Origin: Azolla caroliniana | Taxonomy: Eukaryota > Plantae > Polypodiophyta | Length of the DNA: 64,000 nucleotides | Assembly (NCBI GenBank): GCA_043228905.1 | Contig: JBHGNT010000013.1 | Location: forward strand, 8,246,001 to 8,310,000 | Direction of reading: 5' to 3' | The notes under the pieces: generated by a model | What the model saw: only the letters and a program-made list of their open reading frames with translations | Databases searched by the model: none | What the model was told of the DNA's origin: nothing | In this document: positions 39,701 through 50,155 of the stretch, piece after piece | Layout: each line of letters starts with the position of its first letter | Position numbering within the stretch: the first letter of the stretch is position 1 | Position numbers and translations under genes: made by a program

Positions 39701-41704
39701 CTATCCGTTCTTGGATTGTCTGATTCATGCGTTCTGCAATCCCGTTTTGCTCCGGACTGTGTGGTGCCGTAAATTCACGTCGGATGCCGCGTTGTCGGCA
39801 GAATTTGACGAATTCTTCTGATTTGAACTCTCCCCCATTGTCGGTCCGAAAGCATTTCAGTTTTCGGTCAGTTTGATTTTCTACCATAGCGAGCCAATCG
39901 GAGAAGATCGAGAAGACACGATCTTTGGTGCGAATTGGATAAGCCCACACCTTTCGAGTCGAATTGTCAATAAAACTGACGAAGTAAGAGGCACCGCCGA
40001 GAGACTGATGCGGCATTGGGCCACAGACGTCCGAGTGGACTAAATCGAGAGGTCTCGTTTCTCTTGGTGCTGATGTCGGGTGTGATGCGGCTGCTTGTTT
40101 GCCATACTGGCAATGTTCGCAGAATTGTTGGTCCGAGAAGGAGAGTTTAGGGATGTATCCGGCTCTAGATAGGTGCGTAATGCCGGCCTTGCTGAGGTGT
40201 CCTAATCTTCTGTGCCATAGTGATGACACAGGAATATCCACCAAAAACAGGTTACCCTCTCTGAGCGTAACATGTAACGGATACAGTGAGTGTATCTTGG
40301 GTCCTCTAGCAAGCAGGAGGTTCCCCCTGTGGAGTATCCACCCTCCCGAAGAAAAACCGGCACGAATGCCGTCTTCATCTAGTTGTCCGACTGAGATCAA
40401 TGGCCTTGAGAGCTCGGGTACATGTCGGACATTGTGAAGTATAAGTGTAGAGCCACCTGCAAGGTTGAACTCTACTGTGCCGATTCCAATGATGTCACAG
40501 TGTTGCGAGTTGCCGACTCGAACTGAGTCGGAGTGACGGATCGTATATTGCCGAAATTGGGATCGATGAGGAGTCACGTGAAATGACGCGCCCGAATCTA
40601 AGAGCCATGTGTTCGATTCTTCAGTCGCGAGCAGAACTTCTGATCCGACTGGATTTTCGATTGATAGTATATTCGGGTCGTTTGGTAGCACATCAGCTGA
40701 GAAGCTGACGTAATTGATCTCCTCATGCCGGCCACTCTTCTTGTCTGATTTCTGAGACTTGTCGTTCTTGTTCTTGAGTGCGCGGCAGTCGGCTTTGATG
40801 TGTCCGGGTTTCTTGCAATAGCTGCAAATTCGATTATCCCGTGACTGGCTCCGTCTTCGCTGATTGTTCGGCTGCCGTGAGGAATCTCTTCCTCGTATGT
40901 TCGATCGTTCTGTCGAACCTTGTACTACATAAGCGTCGTCTGTTGAGTCTTTGGCGAAAGACTTTCTCCGAGCTGCTTCGGTCAGGATTGCGCTCGTGAC
41001 TTCGGAGTATTTAACAGCCGTGGTTGACGCGTTGCATACGGTGTCGTGCCTTTCGGCTCCGGATCGTTGCGTGAGTCGGGTGGGAACCACAGAGGTATTG
41101 GACTAGGAGAAAGAAGTTCGTGAGATAGAGATTAATTATGAATAAATAGCAAAGAGAAAGATAAGAAACTCGTGAATCACACGAGTATACTATATTAATT
41201 GGTACTTAGGGTGTTAAGAGAGAAGTAGATGTATAAATCGTGAATCCCACGAATAATTTTTGTATTGATTAATTTTTAATCCAAATAATCAACAACCCTT
41301 TACATATTTCTCTCCTCCTTATATAAGGAAAGAAGAGCTAAGCATGGCTTCATGCTTTTTCTTTTACAAAAAGTGTTCATGTCCACTAAATGTGCATGTG
41401 ATGCTTTTTTATTTCCTAAGTATAGGGCTCATGCACGCTAGATGTGCATGAGTTATTTTTAGTGTCTCGTGATTTTTTTCTTTTTCATATATTAAAAAAA
41501 TACACGATTTACCTTTTAATAAAGGTATGCATAAATAAAGGTCTTATACGTATTAAATCTATATTTAAAACACTTAGGATAAGTTAATGTAATGGTAAGG
41601 TTGGGGTTTGTCAACGTGGAGGTGTAGAGTTCGAATCACGCCCTGCGCAGTACTGAGTATTTCCTTCTTCTTTTTTACATTTATGTCTCTTTATCCGGCT
41701 TTTC

Positions 41705-41773
41705 CTTGCCGGTATGCCGTTTTCTTCCTTGCCGGTATGCCGTTTTCCTCCTTGCCGGTATGCCGTTTTCTTC
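41705..41773. repeat. 3 x 23-bp tandem repeat CCTTGCCGGTATGCCGTTTTCTT in the F LTR (also at ~45835-45903)
   Basis: Read directly from the sequence. Confidence 0.8.
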
Positions 41774-41854
41774 CGGTTCTCACCGAGCACTCCATTCTCT
41801 ATCCGGAGGGACAGAAATATAATTTCCACATAGTGTGCAACCTACACTACGACA

Positions 41855-44800
41855 CTCGCCCCCTCCAAACCCGCACATCCTCCGGTATGTGCCGAAGTTC
41901 TTGATTCTTCGTATCCGTCTTCATCCGAAGCTTCCTCCGATTCTCCCCTTATGTCGACTATGAGTTGTAATCCACTTTCTTCGCTTCCCGCATCATTGTG
42001 GTCTTCGTCCGATTGCTCCTCGTTGTCGGCCTCGACTTGGATCACATAAGGTTTGTCGTCGGTCCGCTTCTTGAAAATCTTCACCCGCTTCCCGGCTATA
42101 GGCACTCGTAGTATTGTTCCATCCAACTCGGACAGTCGGTACGTCCCGTTGTCGAAGACCTTCCGAACCTCGTACGGTCCGAACCACCTTTTCGCGAATT
42201 TCCGCATCGTTGTATGTTGGTGGTCCAAGCTACTATCATAGACGATCACCCAATCTCCTTCTTCAATCCACCTCGGTCGTAGTCGGTGCTTTGTGTCGAA
42301 CCGGCTTTTGTTCCGGAACCGTGCTTCTTGTTGTCGGCGTGACGCTTCCGCTACATCTTTCGGTCTTCCCTCCAGTTGTCGTATCCGGACCGCTAGTAGT
42401 TCTTCCCGGCTCATCTCTTCCTTCCACGGTAGTATTGTCCATGTCTCGATTGCGGTTTCCGTTGGCATTACCGGTGCTTGTCCGGTCATGAGTTCTGCCG
42501 GCATGTAACCGGTCACGGAGTTATGCGTCGTCCGATCCGCCCATAGTGCATACGGAAGCATTTGTGGCCAATCCTTCACCCTTCCGTCGCATGCCTTCGC
42601 AAGTGCTTTCACGATCGGACTATGTCCTCGTTCGATCTTCCTGTTGGCCTCCGGATTGTAGGCCATTGTCAACGTTAACCGAACTCCATGTTTGGCGAAG
42701 AATCCCCTAGCTTTGTCCGAGTCGAGTTCTCCCCGGTCCGCAATCACTTGTCCTACGCAGCCGTACCTACAAAACACTTCTTCCAAAAGAAATTGGCACA
42801 CCGCGGCACACGTTTTCCTCCGAAGCGCTCGACCTTCAACTTGGTTTGTGAGATCTTCTCGAGCTAACACCAAGTATTTCTTTTGTCCAATCCCGGTCGG
42901 CATGGCCACTATGTCGACCATCCACTTGAAGTTGATTGTCGGTGAGAATGTCGGATGTAACTCATCTCGATGTTGAACCCCGGAGTAGACTTGACATTTC
43001 TCGCAGCTTTCGGTAAACTCCGCGATATCTTTGTACATTTTCTTCCACCAATATTTTTGCTTGATCTTCACAAATGTTGCCCATGTTCCTCGGTGTCCAG
43101 CCCAATCGGATTCGTGAAACTCGGACATTATCCGGTTTCGTTGCTCTTTTGTCCCGACTACTCGAAGTGGTATACCATCCGGTCTTTTCGGCGCCCTCCA
43201 TATTAATCCGTTTTCCAAGAAGAACTTTTGGACCTGCCTCTTCTTCCTTCGGATCTCGGCTCTCCTTTCTTTATCATTGGTTGAATCCTCGACCTCTTGT
43301 AACATCTTTCCGATCATCAAACTTTCTCCCTCATATTCTTCTTCCCGAAATTCTCGGATTACGTTCACTCAGCATATGTGCTCCGACGCGAAGTAGTCTT
43401 CGGAAACTTCTTCATTATCCGATTCGGTTATGTCGTCTCCGAACCGAGCCTTGATAACATATCCGCTACCGCGTTTTCCTTCCCCGAGATGTGTCGAACC
43501 TCCGGATTAAGCGACTTGACATATGCAACCCACCTTAGCATAGCTACATCTGGTATCGTACAACACCGCATCATCCCGAGTATCGGAAGACAATCCGTCT
43601 CGATCACCACTTCGGCTCCGATCAAATAATCCCGATCCGATTTTATCGCCGACACGACTCCCCACAGTTCTCTTTTGACTTGTGCATATCCACGTTGCCT
43701 TTCGTTGAGAACCTTTGCTCCGAATCGGATCGGATACCGCGAACCATCCGAGTCGGCTTGATTGATGACCCACCCGATACCGGTTGGACTTGTATCAACC
43801 GTTACTATGATCGGTCGGTCGTAGCTCGGCTTCTTAAGTGCTTCCGCCCTCCGAAGTGTCTTCTTCAATTTCTTCATGGCTTTGGTGTGTTCCGGTTTCC
43901 ATTCGAATTTCTTACCTTTCCGCATCAAGTGGTAGAGCGGGTCCGCTATATGTGCATAGTGCGGAATCCATATGTGATAGAATGCACATGCACCGAGAAA
44001 CCTTCTGACTTCGGATGTTGACTCGCGTACTTCCTCCATAGCTTGAATCGCATCGATCTTTGTTGGTGACGCTCTTCGGCCGTAGGGCCCACATAGATGT
44101 CCGACCACCAATATTTCTTCTTGCCCGAATGCCTCCTCGAGCACCTTCTTCATGCCGCCTTTCCGGAAGTTCGGTCGGAGTGGCTTCCGAGAGTCCATCG
44201 AATGAATCCGGTTTCCCTCGTAGTAGATGAGATCCCGCCGTAGCGCCTCCTTATGCTCGTCGCAATCCCTCCGATCGTGTTCGGCGCTATCGCACCATAT
44301 GCACCGTCGGTCCGTATACTTGGAGCTTGTGGGGCGGTCATCCGACTTCTTCACCATCGCGATCTTCAGATTCTCCATCTCCTTCAATAGTTGCTCCACC
44401 GTAGATGCATCAATCCCCTTCTCGGTTGTAGTCTCCCGAGCCCTTGGTTGATGGTCTTCCAATCCGGTTCTCGGTTTCGGAATCGGTTCCGAAACCCTCT
44501 TTTCCTCGTTGGCAAGCCATTGCCCTCTCTTCGTGTATCGCGCGACGATATCCCGCACACTTTCCCATGTTTCGGTGAGGCCGCTCTCCGTGGTCGTGTC
44601 CTCCAAGAGCACTCCGAGATCTTTCCGGTCCCGGACGTCCACGGCTCGCAAGAACATGATTACCTTGTCCGGTACGAGGATAGCTTAATCTCTCGCGGAC
44701 AACCTCCCGAACCGGCTTTCGAATGCCGAAAACACATCAACGACCTTCAATCCCTTGTCCGGCGTCTCCACCCAATCTTTGAATCCCCTTCGCGTCGCCT

Positions 44801-45131
44801 TGGAGGAATCCTCGATGGCGAACGTCCTCTTTAGGTCTTCTTCAAACGCCTCCCATGTCGGATTTTGTTGTCGTAGCCCATGGATGCTTGCTTGAAGCCC
44901 GTCCGTCGCCACCCGGTTGAAGGACGTCACTTGCAGTCCTTCCGATATTCCGCACCGTAGCATCTCTGCCTTGTAGTCCCGAAGATACCGCGACACGTCT
45001 TTCCCGTTGAATTGCCCGTTTCGTTGCACGAGTCGCTCCACTGATGCCGCTATCTCCGACATCGCGCGTTGTTCTTGTAGCATGCGCTCGAACATCATCA
45101 TCATGTTGCTAGCCTCCGGTTGATTTTCCAT
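41855..45131 (-). pseudogene. F gag (CIWCDSAEHDRRDC), RT-thumb/RNase H (VDTSP, ETDCLP) and integrase (HRGTW, WMVDIVAMP, ADRGE)
   Basis: ORFs 44685-45131, 43428-44657, 41842-43368. Confidence 0.9.
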
Positions 45132-48100
45132 CTCCTTGTCACCCGGGTCTTCACGTCGGGTTCACCAATTGTGTCGTGCCTTTCGGCTCCAGATCGTTGC
45201 GTGAGTCGGGTGGGAACCACAGAGGTCTTGGACTAGGAGAAAGAAGTTCGTGAGATAGAGATTAATTATGAATAAATAGCAAAGAGAAAGATAAGAAACT
45301 CGTGAATCACACGAGTATACTATATTAATTGGTACTTAGGGTGTTAAGAGAGAAGTAGATGTATAAATCGTGAATCCCACGAATAATTTTTGTATTGATT
45401 AATTCTTAATCCAAATAATCAACAACCCTTTACATATTTCTCTCCTCCTTATATAAAGAAAGAAGAGCTAAGCATGGCTTCATGCTTTTTTTTTTACAAA
45501 AAGTGTTCATGTCCACTAAATGTGCATGTGATGCTTTTTTATTTCCTAAGTATAGGGCTCATGCACGCTAGATGTGCATGAGTTATTTTTAGTGTCTCGT
45601 GATTTTTTTCTTTTTCATATATTAAAAAAATACACGATTTACCTTTTAATAAAGGTATGCATAAATAAAGGTCTTATACGTATTAAATCTATATTTAAAA
45701 CACTTAAGATAAGTTAATGTAATGGTAAGGTTGGGGTTTGTCAACGTGGAGGTGTAGAGTTCGAATCACGCCCTGCGCAGTAGTGAGTATTTCCTTTTTT
45801 CTTTTTACATTTATGTCTCTTTATCCGGCTCTTCCTTGCTGGTATGCCGTTTTCTTCCTTGCCGGTATGCCGTTTTCCTCCTTGCCGGTATGCCGTTTTC
45901 TTCCGGTTCTCACCGAGCACTCCATTCTCTATCCGGAGGGACAAAAATATAATTTCCACATAGTGTGCAACCTACACTACGACAACGGTTGTGAGGAAAG
46001 TTTCCCATGATGAGGGAAGGCTGGTCATGAGTATCATTGCTCTGAGTTCATCCTCGATTGCCGTCCCCTGAGATGAGATTTGGGAGCTTATGCTTTCGTA
46101 CTCATTGAGATGTGCTTGAACCGAATCTGATTCTTTCATCCGCAAGTTGTAGAGGCGCCGGATCAGAAACATCTTCGTTGCAGCGACCTTCTTTTCGTAG
46201 GTGTCCGACAGTGTTTTCCACAGTTCGAATGCTGTCGTACACGATTGCACCGTAAAGTATACCGATTCCGATAGGTGCATCCGAATCGTGGCGCGGACGA
46301 TTCTGTCCAGCTTCTGCCACTCAATTGGTTTGTATCCTTCTGGAGGTGCTTCATTTTCGATGGGATCGATTTGCCCCTTGACTATGAGATAGTCCTGCAT
46401 TTGCTCCTTCCAGAAGTTGAAGTTCGATCCATCGAACTTTCGTAGACTCATTTTTGACGAGCCGGATGTTGATGTCATGACTCTGCCCTAAGTCGGCTAC
46501 GAACTTTGGTGAAGTGCAGCGGTTTGGCCCACTCAGTGTCGTTCTAGCCGAAGTTGGACACAAGTGATGTTCATTATGGAGAATCGGGGATTTGGTTCGG
46601 ATTGACTACCGACAACTGTCTTAGTCGAGTTGAACCTAGATTTAACGATCTGACAGTACTTCAAGACGATTCGGTTTCGGTTGACTGCAACGGTGAGAGC
46701 AATGGAACCGACTGGTCCTTCCGATTATTGTCCAATCGAATGAAACACGAACTGGGGTTGTCCTTGAAGTCGTCGTTGTGCAAGAAGCCCACCTCAAGCA
46801 GTTACGATCAAGGAAGTAGAGTACAGCCGACTGGTTTACTCCGAGTGATGATCTAACGCAGCGAGATTCAAGCTTGTGTTTGCCTACTTTCTTCTCTGTT
46901 TCTTCGAATGACGCAAGAAAACTGAAATGCTTTGCAGACTAGGATGAAGCGAAAAACCGAATACTGTGCAGGCTGTGATGACGGCCGACAGCGGGTTGAG
47001 GAACCGAATACTGTGCAGGCTCTGATACGAAATGTTGAAGACAAGGCCGTCAATGCGGAAGATCAAGTAGCATTCGATTGGGGTTGAGTACCTGCGTATG
47101 ACAGTTTCCAAGATCGTGCACAGAGATAGAGAGAGAGAGAGAGAGAGAGGAGGCACAAAAGACTCTTTCTATTCAATAGAAACAAATAATACAACCAACC
47201 TTACAAAAAGGTTACTAGGTCACTTTATATAGTGACAAACTTAGGGCAACTACCATTTATGCTAATTACACAAATGGCCCAAACTTGAGCTATACAAAGG
47301 GATAGTGTGAATACGTCCATTATACACTTGTATTCGACACTTCGTGCTCAGTGAGCACCCTATATACAAACCCTGACAATCGGGCTGACACAAGTACTGA
47401 CAATACTTGAATGCTCATAAATGAGCTGACTAAGCAAACTCCCAAACTTATTCCTTTACGAGGAATAACGCTCTAACGGCCTCTTCGGTTTTCACACTGA
47501 TGCGACCCTATTGTGCGTACTTTTTCACGCACCCAATCTACACACTGGGTTACGTTGTGTACTTCGCACCGAATGTTGAGCTTGTCTCTCAACAATATTC
47601 TATTGTCTCTCTAATCTAGCTTATGTTTCTCTCTCTCACTCACACACACGCACTCTCTCTCTCATACACACACACACTCACAACACATATCTCTAGTGTA
47701 TTCCGCTGCATAAGAATCACCATCAATTCTTTACATGGTATCAAAGCGGTTTGGTAGCTTGATCTTGCCCATCCGTGTGTGTTGTGCTTCACGCCGATGT
47801 TCAAGAAGAACCGGCTCATCGTTATCGTAGTGCAGCTACATAACTCATATTCAAGAGAGAAGAAGAAGAAGAAAATCTACATAGAACACCATGAATACTC
47901 AAATGGGGGGCGCTCTCCCTAGCGAGAAGTTGGATTGAAACAACTTTGCATTTTGGGAGTACAAGATGCACCAATACCTTGTCGGCCAAGGCTATTGGGG
48001 TTACATCAAGTGAGCACAAGAAAACTGACCCCACCCGGAAGACGCCGACTACTCAACATGGGAGCAAGCGGCGAGTCGAGTAATGTATTGCTTGGCGACA

Positions 48101-50111
48101 TGTGTTCATGATCACATGCTCGGCTACATTTGAGAAGGCACAACGCCAAAGGAAGCATGGGAGAATCTATGGAAGATATTCGCCGCCAATACGACACGAA
48201 AGCTTCAACTATGCCAAGAGTTGAACAACATCCAACAACGGGATATGTCCATCACAAGCTACACCTTGAAGATCAAGGAGCTTTGTGATGCACTCGGCTC
48301 GATAAGCGTCAACGTCGAGGATGATGAAATGGTGCAAATATGCCTCAGCGGCCTTGCACCACGGTCCGGCCCACCCTCCTTCAATCTTCAATCCATGTTG
48401 AAGAAAATCATGTTCGAACAAGGAGGAACGCCATGGAAGGCCACATGCTCTACACGCATTCGGATGCAGGAAGAGGATGCCCGAGTTACGAAAACAACTC
48501 ACAATTTCGGCATCAAGAAGGAAGCCATTGAGGAACATTCGGAAGAAGGGGGAGCTTCCATTCTGGTCCGAGCCAACAAACCATGAAGAAGAGTGCCGAA
48601 AGAAGAAGCGCGACTCAGCTTCCACAAGCCGACAACTCACCAATTATGCCACCAACTCCGACTATGAAGATCATGGCGGAATGTTTGTAATGAGACATAG
48701 AGCAAAATCTATGTTGGCCTCTACTTCGACTAATGCCTCCAATCTGGAAGATGTATGGTTCGTCAACTCCGGTGCTTCGAACCATATGACCTTCGAGAGT
48801 CGGATCGACCTGGTTATGTCGAGACCGGAGATGACACCACTCATCCGATTCGGCATGTCAGCAATGTCCCAGTCGGGAAAGAAGGTGAACAAACTTGCAT
48901 AAAAAATGTCTTACATGTACCCACCATAACGAAGAATTTGGTCTCGGTCGGCCAAATTGTGGAGCAAGGGATGCAAGTTCGATTCACGAGAAGGAAGGCC
49001 GACTAATTGCTCGTGTTCGAAGGGAAGGCTGAATGTTATCCTCGAAGCGAACGAGGTAAAATCGTCCATGTTTGCAAAGGGCCTCAAATACGACACCAAC
49101 ATAGAGCTATAGCATAAAAGAATCGACCATATCAATCTAAACAAAGTCAAGGCGATGCAATCGAAAGGAGTTGTCATCAGGCTCCCGACCTTCAAAGAGA
49201 AAGAGTTTGAAGGAGTATGTGAAGCATGCCAATTCGGCAAGCAACATCGACACCCGTTCCCGAAGGAGAGGAACGTTAGCAAAGGCCTATTGGACATGGT
49301 CCACTCGGATGTGTGGGGACAAGCATAGACGACTATGTTCGGAGGATGTCGGTACTATGTTACCTTCATCGACGACTTCTCTAGATACACATGGATCTTT
49401 CCCATGAGGATGAAGAGCAAAGTGTTTACACACTTCCAAAAATTCAAAAGTGAAGTCGAAAAGACAACTGGGTGTCATGTACGATGTCTTCGGTCAGAAG
49501 GAGGAAAGGAATACTTCTCCAATGCGTTCACGGCATACCTTCGACAAGAAGGAATTCATCGAGAATTCACTTGCCGACACACTCTGCAACAGAATGGTGT
49601 AGCCGAATGCAAGAATCGGCACATCCTCGAAGTAGCAAGGGCCATGCTAAATGAGAAGTGTTAATCGGCTAATTACTAACTACTACCGATACAGAAGAGT
49701 GAACGTCGCTACTCAACGTTCTAACAAGGAATTGTGTTTTACGAACGTAATTATACTATATTAATCGGTAATTACCGTGATCGTTACTTAGTTATAAATT
49801 AGGAAGCTTGCACTTAAGAACATAGACAATAGAAAGAACACAGAATCCGTACAGGATATTCCTAACTTAAACTTATATTACTAAATAAAACGACCTTTCT
49901 TACAATGCCTTCGGTTCCCTTTTATAGGTATACCGAAGGTCTTTTCTCATCAAGAACTATTCCTACTTACTATCAAGATTTACAAAATTATCTAACTTAG
50001 TTCTCTTCGTTTACTGCTGAGTCATTGATCCGAACAGTCGATCCGAACCGACTCTGTTTTCGACACTTTCCCACTTGTTCGGTAAAACTGACTGTCCGGG
50101 TCCGGGTAACA

Positions 50112-50153
50112 CTTGGCACGTCCGTGGGCCAGGACCTTGTCCAGCGAACCCAT
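50112..50153 (-). other. E tRNA-3'-end-like motif at the PPT position
   Basis: Minus strand ATGGGTTCGCTGGACAAGGTCCTGGCCCACGGACGTGCCA-AG-[LTR]. Confidence 0.82.
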
Positions 50154-50155
50154 GC

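Larger units (their letters stand above)
41042..45984 (-). mobile_element. F: Ty3/gypsy element lacking PR and the RT core, with a 4-bp TSD and tRNA-Trp PBS (Ylt1-like by motif impression)
   Basis: 813-bp LTRs 41042-41854 and 45172-45984 (TGTCG...CGACA); TSD ACGG (41038-41041 / 45985-45988); PBS TGGTGAACCCGACGTGA at 45151-45167; PPT GGAGGGGGCGAG at 41855-41866. Confidence 0.93.
37530..46478 (-). pseudogene. C2 gag-pol polyprotein, almost intact: split by F at 41042-45988, with a CGA>TGA-type stop at 38223
   Basis: MTSTSGSSKMSLRKFDG...FLTT|VCNAS..., CSYCKKPGHIKADC, LDSGAS, DVCGP, YVDDML, KHIDVRYHF. Confidence 0.95.
36998..47339 (-). mobile_element. C2: Ty1/copia (Tnt1/Tork-like), young, interrupted by F
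   Basis: LTRs 36998-37306 and 47033-47339 are identical except for (AG)n length. TSD CTTCG; PBS TCGTATCAGAGC (iMet, one substitution); PPT CGGGGGAG. Confidence 0.96.
31030..47594 (-). mobile_element. C1: Ty1/copia element, degenerate; 3' LTR split by H1, 5' LTR split by C2
   Basis: 5' LTR 36825-36997 + 47345-47594; PBS TGGTACCGGAGC at 36813-36824; 3' LTR stub 31030-31058 matches 47566-47594; PPT at 31059-31068; copia order gag-PR-INT-RT-RH. Confidence 0.92.
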
